From contig JAQCIU010000029.1 in NCBI GenBank assembly GCA_027593235.1, forward strand, positions 1 to 38,344: a stretch of DNA of 38,344 nt. The letters are read 5' to 3'. Source of the stretch: Chloroflexota bacterium. Its GTDB lineage: Bacteria; Chloroflexota; Dehalococcoidia; UBA2979. The position numbers were made by a program, and so were the translations under genes. This document shows, one piece after another, positions 1-9,241 of this stretch (positions within the stretch are counted from its first letter, which is position 1; every line of letters starts with the position of its first letter). The notes beneath the pieces were generated by a model that was not told where the DNA came from, did not search any database, and worked only from the letters and a program-made list of their open reading frames with translations.

Positions 1-2100
1 GCCACGGTCGCCGTCCACAGCCCCTCCGATCCGGCCGGCGACGCCGTCGGCACCGCCGACTTCGCCGGCCTCCCCGCGACCGCCGTCGCAATCGAGGTCG
101 CCCGCGCCGCCCAGCCCGCCTGGGCCGCGATCCCGGTCGCCGAACGCGCCCGGATCCTCCGCCACGCCTCCGATCTGCTGGAGCAACGCCAGCACGAGTT
201 CGCCGCCTGGGTCGTCCACGAGGGCGGTCGTGACCGCGCCGATGCCGTCGCCGAGGTCGAAGAGGCGATCGACTACCTCCGCTACTACGCCTCCGAGGCG
301 GAGCGTCTGTTCGCGGATCACGGCGACCGGATCGCCCCGCGCGGCGTCGTCGGCGTCATCCCACCTTGGAACTTCCCGCTCGCGATCCCCGCCGGCATGA
401 CCGCCGCCTCGCTCGCCTGCGGCAACACCGCGCTCCTCAAACCCGCCGAACAGACGCCGCTGATCGCATCGCGCTTCGTCGCGCTGCTCCACGAGGCCGG
501 CGTCCCCCGCGACGCCCTGCTCTGCCTCCCCGGACGCGGCGAGGTCGTCGGCGCAGCCCTCGCAGAATCGCCGCACGTCGCGATGATCGCCTTCACCGGC
601 TCACGCGCAGTCGGCACGCTGCTGCACCAAACCGTCGCCCACGTGCGGCTCGCGGATGGCGGGCAGAAGGCGCTCGTCGCCGAGATGGGCGGCAAGAACC
701 CAGTCCTCGTCTTCGCCGACGCCGACCTCGACGAAGCGGTGGAAGCGATCCTCCGCTCCGCGTTCGGCCACGCGAACCAGAAGTGCTCCGCCGCCTCCCG
801 AGTCCTGATCGCCGCCCCGATCTTCGACCGCCTGCGCGATCGGCTGGTCGCAGCCGCGCGCAGCCTCGCCGTCGGCCCCGCCACCGAGGCCGCGACGCAG
901 CTCAATCCGCTGATCGATCGCGAAGCGCACCAACGGCTACTGGGCGCGGCGGCAGTCGCCCGCGAGGAGTGCGACGTACTCCTCGACCGCTTCGATGCCC
1001 CGTCCGGCCCGCTCGAACATGGCCCGCTGATCGTCTCGCTCCCAGCCGCCCGCGCGCTCACCGCGCGCACCGCCACCGAGGAGCTATTCGGCCCGGTCCT
1101 CCTGCTCGTCCCCTTCGCCGACGAAGCCGAGGCGCTCCGTATTGCCAACGCCACCGCCTACGGCCTCACCGCGGGCGTCTTCTCGCGCAGCCCCGCGACC
1201 ATCGATCGCGTCACCGCCGCCCTCGAGGCCGGCAACGTTTACGTGAACCGCCCGACCACCGGCGCCCGCGTCGGCATCGAACCCTTCGGCGGCATGAAGC
1301 TGTCGGGCACCGGCCCCAAGGCCGGCGGCCCTGACTACCTCTGGGCGTTCGTCCGCCGCACCGACGCGCGCAGCACCGCCACCGAGGACAGCGACCACAG
1401 CGAGGACACCCAACCCCCGGCGCCGCTCCCATCCGCTTCCGTCCCGTCGACCATCGCCGATCGCTGGGACGCCCCACTCCACCAGCGCCGCGCCACCCTC
1501 GCGCGCGCCGCAACCGCGATCGGCGGCGACGTCGCCGGCGCCTTCCAACGCAGCCTCGATCTGGTCGCGACGGACCTCGCCGCACCCGCCCGCACCCTCC
1601 CGGTCGCCGGCCAACACACCGCGCTGCGCTACGACCTGCCGAGGGGACTTGCACTCCTGCGGGCGACTGGCCCGGACGCCGCCGGCTGGCTCGCCGCCAC
1701 GCTGCTCGCCGGGAACGCCTGCCTCGTCGCCGACTCGCCAGCGCTCGCCGCCGTCGTCCAGGCGTGCCTCGAGGCCGGCGTCCCTCCCGAGGTCCTCCGC
1801 TACGTCGACGGCGGTGCCTCGGTGTTGCGCGGACTCGCCGCCGATCCGCGCGTCGCCTTCGCCGCCGTGGACGCGATCGGCCCACTCACCGACGCGCTGC
1901 GCCGCTACCTCGCATCCACCGCCGCTGGACAACGCTCGCTCAAGGCGCTCATCTCCCCGCTCGATGGCCCGCAGCCCGGCGAACCCGGCTTCCTCCATCG
2001 CTTCGCGCTGCCGAAAGTGATCGCCATCCGCACGCTCCGCCACGGCGCGGATCTCGCCCTCGAGGGCTACGAGGACGACACCGCGCCGCCCGTCCGCTAG
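1..2100 (+). CDS. putA: PutA-type / 1-pyrroline-5-carboxylate dehydrogenase, 5'-partial (ALDH domain plus C-terminal ALDH-like extension)
   Basis: Frame open from base 1. Motifs GVIPPWNFPLAI, FTGS, EMGGKN, catalytic NQKCSA, EELFGP and EPFGGMKLSGTGPKAGGPDYL, typical of P5CDH/PutA. The PRODH domain would lie upstream of the window. Confidence 0.75.
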   Translation, partial: ATVAVHSPSDPAGDAVGTADFAGLPATAVAIEVARAAQPAWAAIPVAERARILRHASDLLEQRQHEFAAWVVHEGGRDRADAVAEVEEAIDYLRYYASEAERLFADHGDRIAPRGVVGVIPPWNFPLAIPAGMTAASLACGNTALLKPAEQTPLIASRFVALLHEAGVPRDALLCLPGRGEVVGAALAESPHVAMIAFTGSRAVGTLLHQTVAHVRLADGGQKALVAEMGGKNPVLVFADADLDEAVEAILRSAFGHANQKCSAASRVLIAAPIFDRLRDRLVAAARSLAVGPATEAATQLNPLIDREAHQRLLGAAAVAREECDVLLDRFDAPSGPLEHGPLIVSLPAARALTARTATEELFGPVLLLVPFADEAEALRIANATAYGLTAGVFSRSPATIDRVTAALEAGNVYVNRPTTGARVGIEPFGGMKLSGTGPKAGGPDYLWAFVRRTDARSTATEDSDHSEDTQPPAPLPSASVPSTIADRWDAPLHQRRATLARAATAIGGDVAGAFQRSLDLVATDLAAPARTLPVAGQHTALRYDLPRGLALLRATGPDAAGWLAATLLAGNACLVADSPALAAVVQACLEAGVPPEVLRYVDGGASVLRGLAADPRVAFAAVDAIGPLTDALRRYLASTAAGQRSLKALISPLDGPQPGEPGFLHRFALPKVIAIRTLRHGADLALEGYEDDTAPPVR

Positions 2101-2143
2101 CGTCGCGGCGCAACGTGGCGAGCAACTGCGCCGAGGAGGCCCG

Positions 2144-2668
2144 ATGGACGCCCTGGATGTGATGAAGAGCGGCTTGCGCAACATGCACGGCATGCTCGAC
2201 ACCGCCGTCGACGGCATGACCGCCGATCAGCTCAACTTCCGCGCCGCCGAAGGCGGCATCAGCGCCTTCTTCTCGCTCTGGCACTACGTCCGGACCGAGG
2301 ACAACATCGTCAACTTCGTCATCCAGCACCAGAACACCGTCTGGCTCAACGGCGGCTACGACGAACGATTCGGCCTGCCGCGCACCGCGCAGGGCACCGG
2401 GATGACCGATGAGCAGGCCCGCGCCGTTGCCGTCCAGGACGTAGCCGGCTGGCTCGAATACCAGCGCGCCGTCTGGGCCGCCACGGACACTTACCTCGAA
2501 ACGCTCGGCCCGGACTCGATGGAGGGCGTGCAGGTCACCATCAAGCCCGTCGGCGAGATGTCGCTCTGGCAGGGCCTCTGGGGCATGTGCCTCACCCACG
2601 GGTTCCGCCACGTCGGCGAGATCGAATTCGCCCGAGGCGTCCAGGGCCTCGGTGGCCTGACGATCTAG
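2144..2668 (+). CDS. DinB-family protein
   Basis: LWHYVRTED and THGFRHVGEI His motifs; GAGGAGG RBS before the ATG. Confidence 0.8.
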   Translation: MDALDVMKSGLRNMHGMLDTAVDGMTADQLNFRAAEGGISAFFSLWHYVRTEDNIVNFVIQHQNTVWLNGGYDERFGLPRTAQGTGMTDEQARAVAVQDVAGWLEYQRAVWAATDTYLETLGPDSMEGVQVTIKPVGEMSLWQGLWGMCLTHGFRHVGEIEFARGVQGLGGLTI

Positions 2669-2726
2669 CGCCGCCCCGCCAAACCGGCGTACCGGCGCGG
2701 CGTCACGGTCCTCACGGCAGGATCGA

Positions 2727-2750
2727 AACGGGCGGCTCACGCCGCCCGTT
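2727..2750. terminator. Hairpin between convergent genes, possible bidirectional terminator
   Basis: AACGGGCGGC-TCAC-GCCGCCCGTT, a 10-bp perfect stem with only a weak U-tract. Confidence 0.5.
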
Positions 2751-2774
2751 CGTCGTTGCCCTCGTGGGCTGCGC

Positions 2775-3281
2775 CTAGCGCGCAGTGTACTTCTTGTAGT
2801 CGAGCTGGCGAACGGACTTGGCGACACGCGCCTTCACCGTCTGCTGGCGCTTCGTACCGCGTACCCGCATCCGCCGGTTCAGCTCGCGCTGCTGGTCGCC
2901 CGCGCGCGAGTCAACCGGCTCCATCCCCGAGGAGATCACGGCCTCGGTGTGCCGTTCCTTCTGGTACTCGTAGTGCTCCAACTCTTCCACCGTGAGCGCC
3001 TTCTCCGGGCGACTCTTGTTCACCTCGGGGTGCTCCAGCCCGGTGACCGAACCGGTGATCGGCTTCGAGACCTTGTGGCCCAGGTGCCAGTAGCCACCGT
3101 CGTCCGGGAGCTGCCGCGGACGCCCATCCCGGAACACGAACGCGGCCCACTGACGGGACATCACCCGCTTGGAATCCGCGTCGCAGGACGGACAGGGCTG
3201 TTCCAGGGACGACTCGCGCGCCGGCCGCAACAGTTCAAACCGGTTCTCGCACTCAGGACACTGGTACTCGTACATTGGCAT
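2775..3281 (-). CDS. FmdB-family zinc-ribbon protein with long C-terminal extension
   Basis: N-terminus MPMYEYQCPECENRFELL...CPSC; GGAGAGGTGA RBS upstream. Confidence 0.8.
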   Translation of the reverse strand: MPMYEYQCPECENRFELLRPARESSLEQPCPSCDADSKRVMSRQWAAFVFRDGRPRQLPDDGGYWHLGHKVSKPITGSVTGLEHPEVNKSRPEKALTVEELEHYEYQKERHTEAVISSGMEPVDSRAGDQQRELNRRMRVRGTKRQQTVKARVAKSVRQLDYKKYTAR

Positions 3282-3443
3282 GACTGGATCACCTCTCCCG
3301 CTCAAGACACGTTACACCGCGTCGCGCTCACCCGTGACCGCGCCTGCCGGCTAACCCACCCATGATACGCAACTGAAAGATGCAGGGATCCCCACTACCG
3401 GGACGCCTCAAAACATCCGATCTTCCGGCTCACGGAGGCCTCC

Positions 3444-3737
3444 ATGTCGATCACCCCGCAGCACCACGATCTCAGGCTCACCGAGGACGCCGATCTGCCG
3501 TACTTCGTCGTCGGTGGTCGCTACACGGACACCTCGTTCGCCGCGCTCGTCGAGCCGGATCCCGTCGAAGGCCCCTTCGAGGACTACGACGACGCCGTCG
3601 ATGTCTGGCGTGCCAACTCCATGCGCCACATCGATGAGGCCTTCGTCCGCTACCTGATCGTCCACGCCGACTCGCCGGAAGATGCCTCCAGCCACGCCCA
3701 GCAGCCCCCGCACCACCGCACCGCTCTCAGCGCCTGA
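3444..3737 (+). CDS. DUF4170-like small protein
   Basis: YFVVGGRYTDTSF...GPFEDYDDAVDVW...RYLIV pattern; GGAGG RBS. Confidence 0.7.
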   Translation: MSITPQHHDLRLTEDADLPYFVVGGRYTDTSFAALVEPDPVEGPFEDYDDAVDVWRANSMRHIDEAFVRYLIVHADSPEDASSHAQQPPHHRTALSA

Positions 3738-3771
3738 TCTCCTCAAGCGGCACGGCCACCGACGCCCCGGG

Positions 3772-3799
3772 TTGAGCACGACGGCGGGCGCGCTAGAAT
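3772..3799 (+). promoter_or_regulatory. Putative sigma70 promoter
   Basis: TTGAGC-16 nt-TAGAAT upstream of the GGAGGAG RBS and the ATG at 3821. Confidence 0.45.
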
Positions 3800-3820
3800 C
3801 CGACTGCTGAGGAGCACCAC

Positions 3821-4063
3821 ATGCCCGCAATGCCGCACGCGTCCAAGCAGGACTTCGAACTCGCCTTCAAAGGGTTCCACTACCCGATCTCGAAGGCCGC
3901 CATCATCAACATGGGGCGTGACAAGGGCGGCATCGACCGCGAGGTCGCTCGCGTCCTCGCCAGCCTGCCGGATCGCCGCTACAAGAATGTCGATGAGATC
4001 AAAGACGCGGTCCGCGCCGTCTACCGCGGCAAGGGCGTGATGGACGACAACCTGCCCGTCTGA
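3821..4063 (+). CDS. DUF2795-like small protein
   Basis: FKGFHYPISKAAII...LASLPDRRYKNVDEI pattern. Confidence 0.7.
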   Translation: MPAMPHASKQDFELAFKGFHYPISKAAIINMGRDKGGIDREVARVLASLPDRRYKNVDEIKDAVRAVYRGKGVMDDNLPV

Positions 4064-4069
4064 GCCGCC

Positions 4070-4086
4070 GGGCGGAACCTCCGCCC
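4070..4086. terminator. Hairpin between convergent genes
   Basis: GGGCGGA-ACC-TCCGCCC. Confidence 0.35.
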
Positions 4087-4103
4087 ACGTCCGCTCCGGG
4101 TCG

Positions 4104-4673
4104 TTACTGGATCTCGACGAGCTCGATCTCGAACGTCAATGCCTTGCCCGCCAGTTCGTGGTTCGCGTCCACCGTCACCGTCTCCGCCGTGACCGCCGTC
4201 ACAACCGCCGGCGCGCCACCCATCGAGACCCGATCCCCGACCTTGATCCCAGCCGGTACCTGCGCGACCGGGATCTCGAAGATCTGCGTCGAATCCGCCT
4301 CACCGTAGGCGTCTTCCGGCGGGATCCGGACCGTCACCGTCTCGCCGACCGCCATGCCGCGCACCGCGTCATCGAAGCCGGCAATCACACCACCGGACCC
4401 CACGACGAACGGCAGCGGCGTCCGATCGCGCGAGGAGTCGAACACCTCGCCGTCGTCCAGCGTCCCCGTGTAATGGACCGAAACTCGGTCCCCATCCTGC
4501 GCCACGCGCGCACCCCCCTCGTTCGTTGCAACGGCCGTCGCATCAGCCGTCGCCGAGGACTCCACCGTGGGATCAGCAACGGCATCGCTGCCGCCACACC
4601 CAACCAGCATCACGCCAAGCGCGGCAACACCGAGGAGCAACATTCGACGAACAGACCATGCGATGTTTGGCAT
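4104..4673 (-). CDS. FKBP-type (SlyD-like) peptidyl-prolyl isomerase with lipoprotein signal
   Basis: Lipobox LVGC; GDRVSVHYTGTLDDGEVFDSS, IPPEDAYG, DANHELAGKALTFEIEL. Confidence 0.9.
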   Translation of the reverse strand: MPNIAWSVRRMLLLGVAALGVMLVGCGGSDAVADPTVESSATADATAVATNEGGARVAQDGDRVSVHYTGTLDDGEVFDSSRDRTPLPFVVGSGGVIAGFDDAVRGMAVGETVTVRIPPEDAYGEADSTQIFEIPVAQVPAGIKVGDRVSMGGAPAVVTAVTAETVTVDANHELAGKALTFEIELVEIQ

Positions 4674-4760
4674 CGGGCGACCCTATCACGAGCACCGGCT
4701 GAGCTTGCTAACAACCTCCCCACGCATGACGCCCGCAATGCGCGACGGTAGGCTCGATCG

Positions 4761-5390
4761 ATGGCAACTCCCGACGCACGCAACCTGATCTGGATGGACC
4801 TCGAAATGACCGGGCTGATCCCCGGCCGCGACGTCATCATCGAAATCGCCACCCTCGTCACCAACCCGGACCTCGAAATCATCGCCGAAGGGCCCGCGCT
4901 CGCGATCAAGCGCACCGAGGAAGAGATCGCGCTGATGGACGAGTGGAACGTGAACACCCACACCGCCTCCGGCCTCGTCGATCGCATCCGCGCCACCGAC
5001 GTCGACATCGCCGAGGCCCAGCGACAGTCCCTCGAGTTCGTGCAGCAGTGGACCCCCGCCGGCAAATCGCCGCTCTGCGGCAACACCATCCCCCACGATC
5101 GCCGCTTCCTGCGCGTCGAAATGCCAGACCTCGAAGCCCACTTCCATTACCGCAGCATCGATGTCAGCACCGTCAAAGAACTCGTCACCCGCTGGTACTC
5201 CCGCAAGGTCCACGCACCCGCCAAGTCGGGCGCACACCAGGCCCTCGATGACATCCGCGAGAGCATCGAGGAGCTGCGCTGGTACCGCGCTCACGTCTTC
5301 ATGCCGGTCGCGGCCGTCCAGGCTGCCGTCGCGGACACCGCCGAGGACGCGGCCGATGACGCCGAGGAACCCGCCGCCAGCGATTCCTGA
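4761..5390 (+). CDS. orn: Oligoribonuclease
   Basis: [54 protein letters not shown]. Confidence 0.95.
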   Translation: MATPDARNLIWMDLEMTGLIPGRDVIIEIATLVTNPDLEIIAEGPALAIKRTEEEIALMDEWNVNTHTASGLVDRIRATDVDIAEAQRQSLEFVQQWTPAGKSPLCGNTIPHDRRFLRVEMPDLEAHFHYRSIDVSTVKELVTRWYSRKVHAPAKSGAHQALDDIRESIEELRWYRAHVFMPVAAVQAAVADTAEDAADDAEEPAASDS

Positions 5391-5462
5391 CGAAACTCTC
5401 CCCCACTTCACCCGCGGCGAGATCTGACGAAGATCGAGGCAGGACACAAGGTTCTCGATCGG

Positions 5463-5945
5463 ATGTCAGGGATGACGCAGCTCGATCCGTCCGCGCTTCC
5501 AACCGTCGGCGACATCATGTCGCAGCCCGTCCACACCGTGCGCTCCGACGAAAACCTCGAGGCCGCTCGCAAGGCGCTGGAGCTCTTCCACGTCCACCAC
5601 GTCCTCGTGGAGAACAGCGGTCGCATCGTCGGCATCGTCTCCGACCGCGACATCCTCAGGCACCTCAGCCCCTACGCCGACGGCAAGTCCTCGCAGTCGC
5701 GCGATGAGGCAACCCTCCACCGCCCCGTCTACTCCATCGCCACCTACCAGCTCATCACCGTCGAGACCTCCACCACGCTCGCCGAGGCCACCGCGCTCAT
5801 GCTGGAGCACCGCATCTCCTGCCTCCCGGTCGTCGGTCGCCACGGCAACGTCGTCGGCGTCGTCACCAAAACCAACCTCCTGGAAGCCACGCTCTCCTGC
5901 CTGATCGGCACCCGCTCCGACACCGACCAGCTCCTCGCCGCGTAG
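5463..5945 (+). CDS. CBS-domain pair protein (AcuB-like)
   Basis: VGDIMSQPV, GIVSDRDIL, HRISCLPVV, VGVVTKTNLL; start may be 5472. Confidence 0.85.
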   Translation: MSGMTQLDPSALPTVGDIMSQPVHTVRSDENLEAARKALELFHVHHVLVENSGRIVGIVSDRDILRHLSPYADGKSSQSRDEATLHRPVYSIATYQLITVETSTTLAEATALMLEHRISCLPVVGRHGNVVGVVTKTNLLEATLSCLIGTRSDTDQLLAA

Positions 5946-6191
5946 CGGCATCGCAGCGTCTCGCCGCGTAGCGGCATTCGCCAACACCACGCCGCGTAGC
6001 GGCATCGCAGCGTCTCGCCGCGTAGCGGCATTCGCCAACACCACGCCGCGTAGCGGCATCGCAGCGTCTCGCCGCGTAGCGGCATTCGCCAACACCACGC
6101 CGCGTAGCGGCATCGCAGCGTCTCGCCCCGTAGCGGCATCGCCGGACACCCGCCGCGTAGCGGCATCGCAGCGTCTCGCCGCGTAGCGGCA
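5936..6191. repeat. Tandem array of 10 palindromic CGCCGCGTAGCGGCA cores with two alternating linkers (54-bp higher-order period), REP/BIME-like
   Basis: Cores start at 5936, 5962, 5990, 6016, 6044, 6070, 6098, 6124 (one mismatch), 6151 and 6177. Linkers alternate TCGCAGCGTCT and TTCGCCAACACCA, with one variant. Confidence 0.9.
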
Positions 6192-6336
6192 CCCGCTCAA
6201 CCCGCCGCCCCCACAACCCAGACCACCAACCCCGATAACGAGGTCCGTAACCGTTAACCCCCGAAGGGGGGCGAAGGGGGCGTGTGAGGACGGGCTCCGC
6301 TAGTCTTTCGCAACTGCACTGCGAGGAGACCAGCCC

Positions 6337-7623
6337 GTGCCTGAAGGCCCGCTCGCCGATATCCGTGTCCTTGAGTTCTCGTTGATCGTCGCCATGCCGT
6401 TCAACGGCATCCTCATGTCCGACTTCGGTGCCGACGTCATCAAAGTCGAACCGCTCACCGGCGACCCCTACCGATCCTCCGGCGCCCTCATCCCCGGCGA
6501 GGGCAAACGTTTCCAGTCCCTCAACCGAGGCAAACGCAGCCTTGCCATCGACCTCGCCAACGAGGAGGGCCGCCAGCTCCTGTACCGGATCCTGCCGCGG
6601 TTCGACGTCGTCACCATGAACTACCGGCCTGGCGTCGCAAAACGCCTCGGCATCGACTACGACACGCTCAGCGAGATCCATCCGCCGCTCGTCTACGGCG
6701 ACCTCACCGGCTTTGGCCCGCGCGGTCCGATGGCCGGCTCCGGCGCGACTGACCTCGCTGCCACTGCCTATGCCGGCCTCGTCGCCGGCGACAACAAGGT
6801 CGGCCCCGGAGGCGAGCCCGTCGGGCTCACGCCTGCCATCGCCGACTACGTCACCGGCCTCGCCATCGGCATGGGCGTCGTCGCCGCGCTGCGGCACCGC
6901 GACCAGACCGGCGAGGGCCAACTCGTCGAGGGCTCCCTGCTCCGCTCCGCCCTCGCGATCCAGGACGTCTGGGTCATGCGCCACCCCGTCAACGACGCCA
7001 CGATGCGCGATCCGATGTTCGAGGACATCCAGGCGATGCGCGCCGCCGGCGCCCCCTACGCCGAGCAGCTTGCCCGTCGTCAGGAGTTCCGCGACTCCGG
7101 GGCCGGACCGCCCCGCCTCTACTACCGCTCCTACGTCGCCCACGATGGCGCCATCGTCCTCGGTTGCCTCACCAAGGCCACCCGTGACGGCGCGCGCCGC
7201 GTGCTTGGCATGGAGCATGACCGCAGCGACTCGCCCGACTTCGACGCACGCGACCCCGCCAGCCGCGCCGAGACCAGCGATTGGGTCGCCGAGGTCGAAG
7301 CGAAAGTCCGCCTCGAGCCCGTCGCGCACTGGCTCGCCGCCTTCCGCGATGCCGGTGTCCCCTGCGCGCCAGTCCAGTTCCCCGAGGAGCTGGCCGACGA
7401 CCCGCAGGTCGAAGCGATGGGCCTGATGGCCGACCTCGAGCACGAGCTCACCGGCCCCCAACGCGTCGTCGGCCCGATCGTCGACATGTCGAAGACACCG
7501 ACGGCGGCGCGGCGTGCCTCGCCGATCCTCGGCCGCCACACCACCGAGATCCTCGAGGGCTGCGGGCTCAGCGAAGCGGAGATCGCCGCCTACCGCGCGG
7601 CTGGGGTGATCGGCGGGGAGTAG
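6337..7623 (+). CDS. Family III CoA-transferase (CaiB/BaiF)
   Basis: GPLADIRVLE, DFGADVIKVEP, LNRGKRSLAIDL, IADYVTG (catalytic Asp), PILGRHT; GAGGAG RBS. Confidence 0.9.
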   Translation: MPEGPLADIRVLEFSLIVAMPFNGILMSDFGADVIKVEPLTGDPYRSSGALIPGEGKRFQSLNRGKRSLAIDLANEEGRQLLYRILPRFDVVTMNYRPGVAKRLGIDYDTLSEIHPPLVYGDLTGFGPRGPMAGSGATDLAATAYAGLVAGDNKVGPGGEPVGLTPAIADYVTGLAIGMGVVAALRHRDQTGEGQLVEGSLLRSALAIQDVWVMRHPVNDATMRDPMFEDIQAMRAAGAPYAEQLARRQEFRDSGAGPPRLYYRSYVAHDGAIVLGCLTKATRDGARRVLGMEHDRSDSPDFDARDPASRAETSDWVAEVEAKVRLEPVAHWLAAFRDAGVPCAPVQFPEELADDPQVEAMGLMADLEHELTGPQRVVGPIVDMSKTPTAARRASPILGRHTTEILEGCGLSEAEIAAYRAAGVIGGE

Positions 7624-7647
7624 CCAACCGCGCCTCGGTGATCCACG

Positions 7648-8397
7648 GTGAAGGTCACCGATCGCGCGTCGTCTGAAGTCGAAGGACGTTCAGTGGATCA
7701 GGACCAGCGGCTCTCGCGGAACGGCCGTCGACTCGCCTACGCGCTGGTCGGCGGCACGCTGGTCTACAACGTCTTCGAAGGCGTGATCGCGATCGCCAGC
7801 GGCCTCGCTGCCAGCAGCATCGTCCTGGTGACCTTCGGCATGGACAGCTACCTCGAGGTCATCGCCGCGGCCGCGGTGCTCTGGCGCCTTGCCGCTCCCA
7901 ACGACGAGGTTGGTGAGCGGCGGGAAGAGAAGGCGCTCCGCATCGTCGGCGCCAGTTTCCTGCTACTGGCCGCGGCCGTGGTACTCCAGGCGCTCCTCGC
8001 TCTCGGCGGCGCACGCGGCGCACGCGGCGCGGAGACCTCGACGGTCGGGCTCACGCTGTTGCTGGTCAGTCTGCTGCTGATGCCGGCGATCTCCATCGCC
8101 AAGCTCTGGGCCGCCGCGCGATGGACCGTGCCGTCCCTCGCCGCCGAGGCACGCGAGACCATCGCCTGTTCCTACCTGAGCCTGACGGCTCTCGTCGGCG
8201 TCGTTGCGACCGCCCTGATCGGCTGGTGGTGGCTCGATCCCGCGTTCGCGTTGCTCATGGTCCCCTGGCTCGTCCGCAAGGGACTCGAGGGCATCCGCGG
8301 CGACGCCTGCTTCGACGGCGCGACGCTCTGCTTCTGTCGCGAGTGCTGGTTCGGATCTCGCACCTGCGCCGCGGTCTGCTGCCCGGCTGTCGCCTGA
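7648..8397 (+). CDS. Cation-efflux (CDF-like) membrane protein with Cys-rich tail
   Basis: YNVFEGVIAIASG, FGMDSYLE, AEARETIACSYLS, GWWWLDP; start uncertain (7648 or 7694). Confidence 0.75.
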   Translation: MKVTDRASSEVEGRSVDQDQRLSRNGRRLAYALVGGTLVYNVFEGVIAIASGLAASSIVLVTFGMDSYLEVIAAAAVLWRLAAPNDEVGERREEKALRIVGASFLLLAAAVVLQALLALGGARGARGAETSTVGLTLLLVSLLLMPAISIAKLWAAARWTVPSLAAEARETIACSYLSLTALVGVVATALIGWWWLDPAFALLMVPWLVRKGLEGIRGDACFDGATLCFCRECWFGSRTCAAVCCPAVA

Positions 8398-8425
8398 TCA
8401 AGCGACGAAGCGACACCGCCGAGGG

Positions 8426-9199
8426 CTAGCCCGCCGCGTACCCGCCGTCGACCGGCAGCACCACGCCCGTGACAAAGTCCGCGGCGTGCGATGCCAGGAA
8501 CACACCCGCGCCCGCAAGTTCGTCCGGCTCGCCGAAGCGACCGGCCGGCGTGCGGTAGATGATCCCCTCGTAGAAGCGCTGGTTGTCTTTCACCGGTGCC
8601 GTCATGTCCGTGGTGATCCACCCCGGCACGATCGCGTTCACCTGGATCCCGTCCACCGCCCAGCCCACCGCCAGCGACTTCGTGAGCTGCACCACCCCGC
8701 CCTTCGAGGACGGATAGGCGATCCCGCGCCCGCTGCCGAACAGCGAGTACTCCGAGGCGATGTTGATCACCTTGCCGCGCCCGCCGGACTTCAGCAGCGG
8801 GTACGCCACCTGCGCCGCCCAGAGCAACGACGACAGGTTCGTATCAATCACCAGCTGCCAGTCCGCCTCGCTGATGCTCTGCGCCTGCCCGCCGCGGGCG
8901 ACGCCCGCGTTGTTGACGAGGATGTCCAACCGCCCGTACTCGGACTCGCAGCGGGCGACCGCGGCCTCCAGGTCGGCGCGCACGTTCACGTCGCAGGTGA
9001 TGCCGGTGGCCGCCCCACCGCGCGACTGGATCGCCGCGACCGCCGCCGCGGTCTTCGCCTCGTTGCGTGCGGCGATCACCACCGAGGCGCCGGCTTCCGC
9101 CAGCCCGTCCGCGATCCCCTGGCCAATGCCGCCGTTGCCACCGGTCACCAGCGCGACGGTGCCACTCAGATCGAACAGCGCGCGCGCAGCCTCATTCAT
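8426..9199 (-). CDS. SDR-family oxidoreductase (KduD-like)
   Basis: TGGNGGIG, NNAG, YPSSK, VDGGY. Confidence 0.9.
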   Translation of the reverse strand: MNEAARALFDLSGTVALVTGGNGGIGQGIADGLAEAGASVVIAARNEAKTAAAVAAIQSRGGAATGITCDVNVRADLEAAVARCESEYGRLDILVNNAGVARGGQAQSISEADWQLVIDTNLSSLLWAAQVAYPLLKSGGRGKVINIASEYSLFGSGRGIAYPSSKGGVVQLTKSLAVGWAVDGIQVNAIVPGWITTDMTAPVKDNQRFYEGIIYRTPAGRFGEPDELAGAGVFLASHAADFVTGVVLPVDGGYAAG

Positions 9200-9241
9200 G
9201 GAGCCGGACTCCCTCGGTTCATCGCCTCAGGAGGCGGATGC

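Noticed and set aside
5936-6191. CRISPR array
   Set aside because: The repeat is only 15 nt, the linkers are 11-13 nt and are themselves repeated rather than unique, and no cas genes are in the window.
5466-6200. Repeat-protein ORFs on the minus strand (AATRRDAAMPLRG..., MPLRGETLRCRYAA...)
   Set aside because: They are translations of the DNA repeat and run antisense over the CBS gene.
6258-6270. CCCCC-GAA-GGGGG mini-hairpin (a similar one at 22285-22295) as a terminator or repeat family
   Set aside because: The stems are only 4-5 bp with no convincing U-tract, too short to distinguish from chance.
8395-8397. Sec read-through at the TGA ending the Cys-rich transporter, and at other TGA stops
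   Set aside because: There is no redox-motif context or family-like continuation after these stops, unlike 9482-9484.
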